DNA from: Octopus sinensis
Taxonomy: Eukaryota
Direction: 5' to 3'
NCBI RefSeq assembly: GCF_006345805.1
Contig: NC_043003.1
Coordinates: 115,382,001-115,446,000, forward strand
Length of the DNA stretch: 64,000 bases
Shown here: positions 13,290 to 25,651 of the stretch, piece after piece
Numbering within the stretch: the stretch's first letter is position 1
Layout of the letters: the number at the start of each line of letters is the position of its first letter
Program-made: the position numbers and the translations under genes
Notes under the pieces: model-generated
The model's database searches: none
The model's input: the letters and a program-made list of their open reading frames with translations, nothing else
Told to the model about the DNA's origin: nothing

Positions 13290-13585
13290 TATTCAAATAT
13301 GAACGGGAAAAGTATACATTCCTGTTTAGAGAAGGATGTAGAAGTTGAAAGGAAGAAGATACTTAGGCAAAAGTTTCTTTTGTGTTCGTGCTCAGATGCA
13401 CATAAGTTTATCATCCAACGTATGTCTTTATTTTTATTCTCATATTTCCCTTTATACTTCCTATATCCCATCCTTTCCGAAATAACTTCTTATATTGAAC
13501 TCAACCATTTCCTTCAATTTAACTCTCTCATATCGCCTCTAATGATGGGATATCTATAATATCCTTGAAACAGCTGTAAGACAAC
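13290..13585 (+). mobile_element. PLE-like 3' end with a hammerhead-like motif at 13535-13582
   Basis: gcctCTAATGAtg-GGATATctataATATCC-ttGAAACAGCTGTAagac: 6-bp stem II and palindromic ACAGCTGT. Confidence 0.65.
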
Positions 13586-13749
13586 TCTTCTTTTTATACA
13601 CTATCCTAGAAATTTCACAAATAAAGAAAGAGCCGGTTTCTAATCTAGATCCAAGGCCCCTTCATTGGAATTTCTTCATCAGCAATAGGGTACATTTGTA
13701 CGTATGCATGCTTGAATGCATTTATGTATGAATGTATGTAGGTAGGTAT

Positions 13750-15102
13750 AGGTGCGGATTTGTATGTTTTGTGTTATCTATGTCTTCTCATGCATATACC
13801 TGTATATTAAGACATGTTCATGTATATTTAAATAACAAACTTCTGGTAAGTTTTACAGATTTTTACAATTCTAGTGATAGATTGGATTTGAAGTTTTCGA
13901 ATCAGCTTTCTTCTTTCTGAGTTTCAAAAGCCTAATTTCTCAAGATTGGTATTTAGGCAGTGTGTTACATATTCCACGTCCCCAATAATTACAGGTATAA
14001 ATCACAGTTATAAACCTGATCATGTTTTCAAGATAGAGTAACTGCAGATTTCTCAATAGTTCAGCATAGGTACTCTCTTTTTCCACTGGTCTTCAGTTTT
14101 ATATTAACATCCGCTGGGCAGCTGATTTCCACAACTGTATGCCGTTTCATAGATGTTTCCTAAATCATTACATCAGATCCATTGTGTTTATATTTTATTA
14201 ATGTTTTCACTTGGAGATTCCACCAATAGTCATTTTTATTATGAGTGGCTATTTTCCCACCACCCTATGAGTTCTTATTTATTTGCCCTCGTTCTGTTCC
14301 TTTCGACAGATCTCGTTATACAGTGTCCTAGCTACAGCATCATGTCTCATCGATAGATATCATGATAACATTTTCAGACAATTGCTTATGATGTGGGTGA
14401 TATCTTCGGTGTTAATTCCACAAAGTCTGCGTCCATTGTTATATTTTACTGCTTTTCTTGCATCTCTGTCCATTTGTTGCATTAGGTATTTGGTTGATAT
14501 TTCCCGTTCCTGGATTGCAAACGCATACCCTTCAAAATGGGAGGTAGTAATCTGGCTATTGGTCCATGATAAACTGCTTTCATGATCAACGTTACTATCA
14601 TCCCAGAGCTTTCTACTAACATATCTAAGAATGGTCTTCTGATGATACGTTGCAGTGGAATCATGTGATTTCTTTGTGCAGGTATTTAAGTTTATCAGAT
14701 AAGGAACACAGTACAGGGAGCTGTTTTCTAAGTCTTAGAATGTTATGAAGCCTCGTTTATGCAAACTTGGTCAAGGAATGCTCTTCGACACTTTTCGACT
14801 AAAAGATGCTGCCGAAGGCGATATTATGCAACATTCAAAGTGATATTATGCGACATTTTGGATCGATGTTAAGCCTCTGCCGCCTTGTTATCGTTTTAGG
14901 TAAAGCGGTCTACATCACTGTTGATGTGGAAATTCTCTGTGCTTTTTAGTAACTTCAGGCTTTTCACATCAATGGCTCAGATCTCATCAAGCGTCCAATC
15001 AAGCTGTCCAAATGTTAGTATGAGTATTAGCCCTGCAAACACATTGTGGGTCACTGTTTTATCGAATGCAGAAAGTTCCAAATGTTCTTTATTCGGCTGT
15101 AA
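13750..15102 (-). mobile_element. 5'-truncated R4/Dong-like non-LTR retrotransposon with restriction-like endonuclease, degraded
   Basis: Translates to FGQLDWTLDEI*AIDVK..HINSDVDRFYLKR*QGGRGL, FEGYAFAIQEREISTKYL, RLCGINTEDITHIISNC..RHDAVA, WWNLQVKT..VEISCPADVN and FIPVIIG; stop at 13828-13830. Confidence 0.85.
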
Positions 15103-15362
15103 TGTATGTATGTATGTATGTATGTATGTATGTATGTATGTATGTATGTATGTATGTATGTATGTATGTATGCATGTATGTATGTATGCATGTATGTATC
15201 CATGTATGTATGTATGTATGTATGTATGTGTATGTATGTATGTGTGTATGTATGTATGTATGTATGTATGTATGTATGTATGTATGTATGCATGCATGCA
15301 TGCATGCATGTATGTATGTATGTATGTATGTATGTATGTATGTATGTATGTATGTATGTATA
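15103..15362. repeat. (TATG)n microsatellite
   Basis: Seen directly in sequence. Confidence 0.95.
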
Positions 15363-16244
15363 AGTAGTTGAATTTTCAAACATCAGACAAGAGAATTTAT
15401 TTCTCAGAACTTAGAATGTGGTTGTCAATTTAGAAATTGAATCATTTAAATTATTTCTCTAGTTTCCACGTTTTTAATCATTAAACAAATTTGATGCAAG
15501 TGTTCTTTGTAAACAGAAATAATCAAGATATATGTCTTGTGTCATCGGTATATACTATTTTCTGATTTAACTGGCTGCTGTTATCCTTAACAAAAGGAAT
15601 CAATATATATATCACCATCTCTCATTGAGTTTTTACAGATATTTTCATCGATATCAATTAAGAAATATTCAAATAACAACTCTTTCATATATTGTATTTT
15701 TTATTTCAGTGCCTATACGTAAAGAGAAGATCTGACCAGTTTATGGAGAGGAGAATTTTTTCTTTATCAAAACTATAATTCACATTTTATAAAGAACTGC
15801 ATGAAACATATGATGCAGAAGCCATGCAAATATTACTTAATTTTGCACATTAATAGATGATTAATATCAAGTTATCCGCCCATCAGAATTAAGCATATAA
15901 ATTCAAGCATATAAATTCTAGCGTTAACCTATTGGTAACTCATCAAATTTCAAAGTAGCAATTTCATTTTTGCTTCTAATTACACGTTGCGTCTTTCGTT
16001 GAACCTCAAAGGAAAACACACTTCCGATTCAAGAACATGCAGATTCCGGTAACTGAATATAAGCTATAAGCATATATATTTTTTAACACTTCCGCCTACC
16101 AAAATTTCTTCAAATACTCTTGAGATGACCGCAGCCAAAAGAAGAAAAATGTATTGTCTCTGCATCGATAAAGTCTTTTATAAGCAAGTGATACTTAGAT
16201 TCCTACACATTTGGTGCACAACTTTAGCCACAATCACACACGCA

Positions 16245-16247
16245 CTA

Positions 16248-16286
<39 letters not shown>

Positions 16287-16730
16287 TATATATATATATA
16301 TATAATATAATATATATATATATATACATATATATGTATATAATATGTATACAATACAAATACACGCACACACACATATGTACGTATATATATATATATA
16401 CACGCACACACACATATATGTATATATATATATATATATATATGTATACATATACATACATATGTGTGGTGCGTGTATTTGTATTGTATACATATATTTA
16501 TATATATATGTATATATATGTATATATATTATATATATATGTATATATATATATATGTATATATATCTATATATATATATATGCATATATATGTATATAT
16601 ATGTATATATGTATATATATATAATGTACAGACATATATGTAATATATATATATACGTATATATGTACATATATGTATATATATATATGTAAATTATATA
16701 TGTATATATAGATATATATGTGTATATATA

Positions 16731-16776
<46 letters not shown>

Positions 16777-16993
16777 TATATATATATATATATATATATA
16801 TAAGTGAGAAATAGGAGTGAGAAAAAGAGTGTGAGATAAAATATATGCATTTTAATTCTGTATCAGTTAATGGTCTATTAATTTCTATTAACGGTCTGTT
16901 AGATTATTTGGTAATATATTTTCGCATCAAGTTATTATCAATAACAATGATAACGGTATTAATAATAATAATAATAACAATAATAATAATAAC

Positions 16994-17034
<41 letters not shown>

Positions 17035-17050
17035 CGACAACAATAATAGA
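16245..17050. repeat. Compound (CA)n/(TA)n tract, then (AAT)n at about 16940-17050
   Basis: Seen directly in sequence. Confidence 0.9.
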
Positions 17051-17426
17051 AACAACGGCTAGGACAATGACAATATCAAAACCCAAGCCGTATTTAGCAC
17101 CAGTTTTTATCCGATTGGTCTTGTTTGGGGGTGGTTGATTTTTTTGTTTGTTGTTGATGTCAAGCCTGTTAAGTAGGACTGTATATTAAATAATATTAAC
17201 TAACTCGAACGATGATAAATCATATCTGCCGTTGTATGTTGTACGTGCTACTCCTTTCTTTTTTTTTCTTCTTTTTCTTTGCTATTCGATTCCCTCGAGC
17301 TCAATCTGAATTATGGTTGCGAGAGCAGGACACATCCTACGTACCTCATCAATTAATCTAAAGATATAACCGTATCTTATTTTAATTTCTACTGAATGCA
17401 TCAATATTTATTTCCTTCACGCTCAC

Positions 17427-17599
17427 CACGTCGGATGGCGATGCAATTGCATGTATTCGATCATGAAGTTATCAAATTGTTTCACGGTTTTCTGTATTGC
17501 GGACTTAATACGTTGGACATGTACCATCTGTTCATGCTTCATTGACTGATAAAACGCCATAATACATTCATAGCCATTCAGTTGACAATCTCCATCATT
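17427..17599 (-). CDS. Exon candidate with an EF-hand-like loop (NDGDCQLNGYECIMAFYQSMKHEQMVHVQRIKSAIQKTVKQFDNFMIEYMQLHRHPT)
   Basis: Branch-like actaa plus ctgctttag acceptor; donor tg|gtgagc; 57 open codons in the only open frame; loop residues 3, 5, 8 and 12 are D, D, L and E. Confidence 0.4.
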
Positions 17600-17690
17600 C
17601 TAAAGCAGTTTTAGTCATAGATATTACGCAACCCATACAGACTCATACATCTAATCGCTATATGTATGTATCTTAATATTTATTTATCTA

Positions 17691-17965
17691 TCATCATCAT
17701 CGTTTAACGTCCGATTTTCATGCTAGCATAGGTTGGACGAGATGAATGAGGACTGGGGAACCAGGCTTCAATCTTGATATGGCAGAGTTTCTACAGCTGG
17801 ATGCCCTTCCTAACGCCAACCACTCCGAGAGTGTAGTGGGTCCTTTTCCGTGCCACCGGCACGAGGGCCAGTCAGTTTTTACTTGCCACCTAAGCAGGAG
17901 CTAGTGGGACTGAACCAGGCACCATGTGGTTGGGAATCAATCCCCTTACCACATAGCCACGCCTG
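17691..17965 (-). mobile_element. SINE: family A head with an RTE-like tail ending in (GAT)n
   Basis: Head at 17893-17965; body ttggcgttaggaagggcatccagc; tail cggacgttaaacgatgatgatga. Confidence 0.7.
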
Positions 17966-17982
17966 TACATATGTATGTCTCC

Positions 17983-18057
<75 letters not shown>

Positions 18058-18145
18058 ACATGTGTGTGTGTTAGTGTGTGTGTGGGTGTCTATGTATGTA
18101 TGTATGTATGTATGTATGTATGTATGTATGTGTGTGTGTATGTAT

Positions 18146-19110
18146 GTATTGTTTCCTGAAGGAATTGAATTCACTATGGAATGTAATAGAAAGGAACTAC
18201 CATTTCTAGATATCCATATCATTAAAGAATGGGAAAATATCAAAACAGATCTATGTTACAAACCAACAAACACACACCAACCGATCAGCACGCCCCTCAC
18301 ATTCCAAAAAGAACATACCCTTACATTGGCAAGATGTATCTGCACGTAGTAACACAGCCCACACTACAGGGGAAAAGAAAAGATGACATGAACGAAAATG
18401 ATTCCTTAAAAGACGAGAATATCCTATGAACTTTGTCAATACAGCCATCTCCTAGGCCCAGAACATTCCGGTGACAACACTGAGAAAACCAAGCAAAAAA
18501 GATATAATGGACAAAACAGTTACCGCTTTTGTCGTCACTCATAACGCAAGGGATTTCAACATCGTGAAAGCCGCCAAACAATATCTCCCAATTCTCCATC
18601 AATACCCCCCAAAATGAACGCACTCATAAAAGACTCACAAATGGCAGAAAATAAACGCGAAGCACCAAACTAATAAAACCTCTCCCCAAGGCGAAATTTG
18701 CATCTAATATTGAAACAATGCAAGTTAGAAAATGCGGGAATCCTCGATGCGGAGCCTCTGAATACAATGAAAAGGGTGGGCAAATCTCCTTTAAAAGCAA
18801 TTAGATTTTCAAAGACAATGCAAAAATGAATTCGAAAACGAAAAACTTAATTTACTGTACTACGTACCCACAATGTAAAGATTGTAAAGGATACTATATT
18901 GGTGAAACTGGAATGGTACTACATGACAGTTCATGTACAGAAACCACAAATTAAAACCCCACTGAAAGAAATACCACTTGCAGTGGACACTTCACATCAT
19001 GCGGAAAGGGAAATTTAAAATCTTCCCCTTCTTTAAATTATGGTCGGTCTATGATCATTTCTAGAAATATAAAGCAGAATTCTACATCAGGAAGTACGTA
19101 CCATTACTGA
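18146..19110 (+). mobile_element. Penelope-like element fragment (RT C-terminus + GIY-YIG), degraded
   Basis: GIEFTMECNRKELPFLDIHII..TDLCYKPTNTHQ; RKCGNPRCGAS; KNLIYCTTYPQC..YYIGETG. Confidence 0.85.
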
Positions 19111-19214
19111 ACACAAGGAAATTATATTCCAATCCCCACCCAACAAATAACGGGATGGTCTCCTTTTTTTATATAAAATAAAGATTCTTTTCTTTCGTTC
19201 ATTCTTTAAATTGT

Positions 19215-19574
19215 TTTAGTCATTTGACTTTGGTCATGCTGGAGCACTGCCTTTAGTCGAGCAAATCGACCCCAGGACTTATTCTTTTAAAGCCTAGTAC
19301 TTATTCTATAGGTCTCTTTTGCCGAATCGCTAAGTTTCGGGGACGTAAACACACCAGCATCGGTTACAAGCGATGTTGTGGGGACAAACACAGACACACA
19401 AACACACACACATATATATATATACATATACATGAATACGACGGGCTACTTTCAGTTTCCGTCTACCAAATCCACTCACAAGGCTTTGGTCGTCCCGAGG
19501 TGCCACGCAGTTGGACTAAACCCGGAACCATGTGGTTGGTAAGCAAGTTACTTACCACACACCCATTCCTACGC
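19215..19574 (-). mobile_element. SINE family A
   Basis: Reverse complement of the 913-1292 type, with both modules. Confidence 0.85.
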
Positions 19575-19581
19575 CTATATA

Positions 19582-19626
<45 letters not shown>

Positions 19627-19765
19627 CCTCAGAAGTAAACTAGCATTTCACACTACGTCATGAACTAAAGTGTAAACTTTACACCATAAAAACTTTAAAA
19701 CAATAAATCATTCTGATTAGGACTACGAGTGAGTCATACTGTTTCTTTTTTCAAATATATATACG

Positions 19766-20145
19766 CACATGTGTGGCTGTGTGGTAATGGCATTGCTTCC
19801 GGACCACATGGTGCCTGGTTCAATCCTACTACATGGCATCTTTGAGAAGCGATTTCTGCTAAAACCTCGGGCCGGCCAAAGCCTTGTGAGTGAATTTGGT
19901 AGACGGAAACTGAAAGAAGTCCCTTCGCATATACGTATATATTTGTGTGCTTGTACTTTTCCCCCACCTTCGTTGAACAACTGATGCTGGTGTGTTTACG
20001 TCCTCGTAACTTTGAGGTTCGGTTTAAAGAAACCGGTAGAATAAGTACTACGCTTACAACGAATAAGTCCTAGGGCCGATTTCTTCGACTAAAAGCGGTG
20101 CTCCATCAAGGCCGCAGTCAAATAACTGAAACAAGTAAAATAAGA
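19766..20145 (+). mobile_element. SINE family A, diverged
   Basis: gtggctgtgtggtaa...ggtagacggaaactgaaagaag...gcggtgctcca..gccgcagtcaa. Confidence 0.8.
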
Positions 20146-20161
20146 AAAAAATTATATATAA

Positions 20162-20207
<46 letters not shown>

Positions 20208-20395
20208 ATATATAAATATATATATTGAAGCATTGTGTAGAATATATTGTGTAAAGGATCATGAGTAAGGCATGAACAAGATGAAGTAAATGCAAGGCAA
20301 ATCCCAAGAAAAATATATGAATTAACGTACACTTACCTTGTATTCAATAATTCGGGGTCATAACCATATGTTCAAGAAATTGACGAATGTTGCCG

Positions 20396-20432
<37 letters not shown>

Positions 20433-20439
20433 CGTGTGT

Positions 20440-20760
20440 GGAGTGGACATGCGCAGAAAGGTATTGGCATAGTAATCAGTTAGCTTCCCGTAATAATCTT
20501 CTATACTCGATATTTGGTTTTCTTTAGCGTATGAGGATGGCCTCAGAGATTCTAAGGTTTCCCCTGTTCCTCTGTATTGCCTTGCTGTGCACTGTGGATT
20601 CCGGGTCTGGAATTTCTGTAGATGTTTCTTCACGGAAATGTCTGCCTGTGTGTGTTTCTTTCTGTGTTTATGCAGTTTTCTTGTTGTGCTTCCTATGTAG
20701 GGGGCACCACATTTGCTACAGATGGCCTCGTATACAACCAATAAATATTTATTTTTATGC
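20440..20760 (-). mobile_element. PLE GIY-YIG fragment
   Basis: VVYEAICSKCGAPYIGSTTRKLH; a shifted frame gives LRISEAILIR..KP, resembling a PLE C-terminus. Confidence 0.75.
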
Positions 20761-21057
20761 CTTGATTCGGATAGGCTATAGATAAGTGCGGATAATTATT
20801 GGGTTCAAGATACATCTGTGAAGAGAGCAGCCGAAGTCCTCTTCTGGGCCTTGAAACCATATCTGATATACACGTTATAGAAAACCATAGACAGTCCTCG
20901 ACTTATTCGATACAAAGTGATACTTTATACCAATATTTGTACGCCATCATCCATTGCCCTTCTGCTTCAAGATCCAACGTTCCTAAAATGTGTGTGTTTG
21001 CGTGTGTGTTTTATGTGTGTTTGTGTGTTTGTGCGTGTGTGTTTGTGTGTGTGTGTG

Positions 21058-21097
<40 letters not shown>

Positions 21098-21956
21098 GTG
21101 AGAAATCAAGGCTGACTTCTAGCGGTTAGAAGATTGAACAGAAGCAGATAGAATGGGATAACTTTGGGCGTCGTCAGATAGGGGCGAGCGTTATTTGTAT
21201 TTGCCTGTCAAATGTTTGTGGAACATATGTTGGGAAACAAAGCAATGTAAATCCATTCTACTCCGATTCAATAATCAGCAATCGGCTAACTTTTAAGGAC
21301 TTAAGGCCTGGCTATGCGCGACAGTACTTTACATATTTTAATATCGCATCAATTATTGGCAACCTCTTTCCCTCAGCTAACAAACAACTGAGAACCTTCC
21401 TTGGCCTATGTGCATTAGCGCCTTGGCTTTAGAGAATCTAGTTGTATAATAAGGAATATATATTTGGGAAAGTAATATTTTTAATACAATGTATACTGCT
21501 TCCAGTGCATAACAATAGGCAGCAAGCAAAATTATTCTTACTCTCTCGTTCCCTCTGTCCATTGGGTCAAAGCCGGTCTGAAGCTATGCAAATAGCTGCC
21601 TTACCTACTTCAATGATGAGTCCATCTTATAAATATTGCTTCTGTATTTCCGAGCTTTACTTTCGTGACAAACTGTAAACTGTACAAAGATAAAAGCATA
21701 TTTATGTTCCTCTATATTTATGCATCTATATGAGTTGCCGCTGTTTTTATTGCCTACTTTACGGCCATCTCTTTCTACCACTCTGGGCATACACACATTC
21801 ATACATATGTATATGTAGGTATGTATGTATGCATGTATATGTACGTATGTATGTATGTATCTATGTATGTATCTATGTATGTATCTATGTATCTATGTGT
21901 GTATGCATGTATGTATGTATGCATGTATGTATGCATGTATGTATATATATATATAA

Positions 21957-22081
<125 letters not shown>

Positions 22082-22412
22082 GATGAATTAACAGATATGT
22101 GTGGAGTTGTAATTTATAGCGTATGATAATAGTTTACTAAAAGCATTTATAAGTAATATATTGAGAGGGTGTAAAATTTGATAGCTAATATAAATCCTTC
22201 TATCGTGGTTATATCTAAACGGTTAGTTAGTTTACTAGCAAGACTTCATTTAATAGTTTGAAGCTTAATTAGTGTTTTGTATATAATACCTCAAAACACG
22301 TTTTGCAAATTTATTTGTAGTTATGTCATTTTGTGCGATAATGCATTTGAGTGGCCTATCTTTATAATCTTCTCATTTTAATTTGCGAGGGGACACAGAA
22401 CCCATCACACAA

Positions 22413-22451
<39 letters not shown>

Positions 22452-22609
22452 AACATACACACACTGACACAGGCATAGACAGACACGCATATTCACATTT
22501 ACAAGTACACATATCAACACAAGTGTTTTCGTATATGTGTGATGGGTGTGCATGCATATATGGCCGTAAGTATATATGCGTGCACAAGCGTATACATATA
22601 GATTTGGGA

Positions 22610-22790
22610 AAATGCACAAAAAAAAGAAAGACGAAGACAGGTGGTGTAGACAACAAACAGATGCATTAGTTTAAAGCTCCGAAAGTGAAAAAGTGTTTAA
22701 CGTTTCGAGCCGACACTCTTCCACAGAAAGGAACACAGGAAGAAACAAGGAGAGAAAATAAAGAATGTGTAGTGGCTAGCGTGACAGACA
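22610..22790 (-). mobile_element. Hammerhead-bearing ~200 bp repeat
   Basis: Minus strand ctttCTGTGGAagagtgtcggctcGAAACGTTaaac at 22696-22730. Confidence 0.65.
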
Positions 22791-22820
22791 CATAAATAGA
22801 TATATAGATAGATAGATAGT

Positions 22821-22874
<54 letters not shown>

Positions 22875-23039
22875 CATAGATACATACATACATACATGCA
22901 TACATACATGGTGACTGCCCCCACGTTATCGAATATAGCCATTGCACGAAGCTTAATCAATGTTGTTATCGTGCAATGCCGGTGCAAGAAAAATTTTGTT
23001 TTAATGTGAGGAAAGGCTGTGCACTGAGTCAATCCCACT

Positions 23040-23460
23040 CAGTAAGCACCAGCAGCCATAATCCGAAAAGATGAACAAGTCAACATCATCGGTAACCACT
23101 GAGCCGCAGGTTTTATGTCGGAGTTATCCCAGTTACCTGAGTTACCTTCTCCTAGAAGGATGCCCTAACAAAGGCTAGGAGTCCTTCACTCCCAATGGTT
23201 TAACCGCGCGATCCGGGTATTCAGTCCGATTATTTCTATGTCCCCGCGCATGATACATCCTTAAGACATTTATTGGATGGCCGTTGACTCTCAAGAGTTC
23301 CTCCGCCCTTTGACAGGTTTTGTTTTTCATCCCGCAGGGTGTCCACTAAACACCCTCCTCACCAAGCGAGCTTGGTGGGTTTGCCGGTTTAGTCGCCGAA
23401 GACCCGACCATGCAACAAGCTGTACTGGGTTACATGTTACCAGTAGCACTCGAAAGTGAC
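23040..23460 (-). mobile_element. Probable RTE-type 5' UTR or RTE-dependent non-autonomous element
   Basis: Minus strand tagcctttgttagggcatccttctaggagaaggtaactc resembles RTE 5' UTRs as I recall them; GC-rich with several hairpins. Confidence 0.5.
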
Positions 23461-23606
23461 CTGACATACGTACAGAGACAGAGAGAGAGAAGAAATATAA
23501 ACAATCTAGAAAGAGTCAAACTTGTAGATAGATATATAGACACATACACTGACATAAAGATGAGCACATATAATAAAAGGTTATAGATTGTGAATGTATT
23601 TATGCG

Positions 23607-24008
23607 CAGGAGTGGCTGTGTGGTAAGTAGCTTGTTTACCAGCCACATGGTTCCGGGTTCAGTCCCACTGCGTGGCACCTTGGGCAAGTGTCTTCTACTA
23701 TAGGCTCGGGCCGACCAAAACCTTGTGAGTGGATTTTGTAGGCGGAAACTGAAAGAAGCCCGTCGTATATATGTATATATATATGTGTGTGTGTTTGTGT
23801 GAGTGTGTTTGTCCCCCTAGCATTGCTTGACAACCGATGCTGGTGTGTTTATGTCCCCGTTACTTAGCGGTTCGGCAAAAGAGACCGATAGAATAAGTAC
23901 TGGGCTTACAAAAGAATAAGTCCCGGGGTCGAGGTGCTCGATTAAATGCGGTGCTCCAGCATGGCCGCAGTCAAATGACTGAAACAAGTAAAAGAGTAAA
24001 AGTGAGTA
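23607..24008 (+). mobile_element. SINE family A, full length
   Basis: Nearly identical to 40446-40858. Confidence 0.9.
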
Positions 24009-24214
24009 TGCATATATCCACGTCCATATCTGTATTTCAACATGCGCAACCTCCAATACAGACAGGATTTTTTTCCTTTCTCCATCTGTTTCCATGCCTC
24101 ATTCCTTTTTGAGAAGAACGTAACATTAAATATTTTTTCAATTTTCTTCAGCGTATATTTATTATATTTGATCTGGGTAAAAGTTTGAACCATTTACATC
24201 CATTTATGTGCATA

Positions 24215-24252
<38 letters not shown>

Positions 24253-25036
24253 TATATATATATATATATTGTTATATTTCGGAATGGTCATATTGCCAGT
24301 TTAGCCAATAAAAACACACGCACATATATTTGGTGTTATTTTGCTTCAGTGATATTTATTTTTTACATTAATCTTAATCTTATTTCGGCCAAAGTTCTTT
24401 CGTCACACTCCTGTGACCGCATCAGTGGTCCTTTGTTTTCTTCTCACTTACTTGTGTCTCTCCTTACTAACCGTCAGCCATTTTGTATTTCTATTGTATG
24501 TCTTCATTTGCGCATGCTTATATCTCTATGTGCGTCTATGTTTATTTAGTGTGTGTGGGGGGGATACCTGTAATATTTTTGTATCTTCTGGTTATATACA
24601 TTCTTGTAATTTGTATTTTGTTTTTGTTGTTGTTGCTTTTGTTCTAATTTTGTTCAGTGTTTACATCCACCCATTATTATCATTATATATGCTTGTATGT
24701 ATGTATAACAACAATATTAGTAATAATAATAATAAATCTAATCGAAAAAAAAAAATATATACATATACATATATATATATACATACATATACATATACAT
24801 ATACATATATATACATATATACACACATACATACACATATAGATATTCTTTCTATTTCTTTAATTACCTGTGTATTTATTATGTTTGCAGGATCCACTAT
24901 TGTCATATGTTGTGGTGTGCGCTATTGCTCCATTCTAGTTTTCTATTCAGGCTAGGTTTATTTTCTATTATATGTGTAGCTTCTGTAATTTGTCTAATTA
25001 TTGCATCTGTTCTATGTGTGGACAATATCTTAATCT

Positions 25037-25618
25037 CTATGTTATTGATTGATCCCCCGTGTTCTTGTTCGATGAGCTTTTACCTTCCTTGAGTTGTCTC
25101 CAATGTTCATTCACCCGCTCACCAATGCTTCTTGCAGTTTCCCCTACGTATGTTACTGTCTTGTTACTGCATCGTCCCTCTATATATCTTATACTATAGA
25201 CCACATTTCTGGCTTTACAGTTCGTTTGTGGGCTAAATCTACATACAGTGCAATAGTTATCCGTACAGAGAGTTCTACTAAAAGGATAGCTTCTACCAAT
25301 TATAGATCTGATAGGGTTGCCTGGCTTTTCAACAACCTTAATTCTTAGTTTAAGTTTATCTAGGGTCCTTCTAAAGCGGTACGCTAGTTCACCTCCAGGG
25401 GTGGTGTCAACGAACATGACACTCTGGTATTTATGGCTATCATACCAAGAGTTGGCCTTCCCTATTTTCTTTTTTGTCCTTTCTATAGTGTTCCATGACT
25501 TGTTCCTATAGAGTGGGCAAATCCCATTCCTATCATTACATAATATATTATCAAATTTCTTCATGGCTCCTTTGTATACTCTGATCCTTTCTTTATGGCT
25601 GTAACCTGAGAACTGCAT
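25037..25618 (-). CDS. PLE linker + GIY-YIG endonuclease (C-terminus frameshifted)
   Basis: CTVC..NCKARNVVYSIRYIEGRCSNKTVTYVGETARSIGERVNEH; a 19-nt deletion near 25070 relative to the inverted copy. Confidence 0.9.
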   Translation of the reverse strand: MQFSGYSHKERIRVYKGAMKKFDNILCNDRNGICPLYRNKSWNTIERTKKKIGKANSWYDSHKYQSVMFVDTTPGGELAYRFRRTLDKLKLRIKVVEKPGNPIRSIIGRSYPFSRTLCTDNYCTVCRFSPQTNCKARNVVYSIRYIEGRCSNKTVTYVGETARSIGERVNEHWRQLKEGKSSSNKNTGDQSIT

Positions 25619-25651
25619 GCGGTGAATGAAATACTGTATGTGTCTCTTTAA

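Noticed and set aside
20337-20337. Strong minus-strand donor caag|gtaagt
   Set aside because: The upstream sequence is a PLE 3' region plus (CA)n, with no open exon bounded by an acceptor.
21605-21672. 68-nt exon-like segment (minus strand)
   Set aside because: All three frames contain a stop; at most a non-coding exon.
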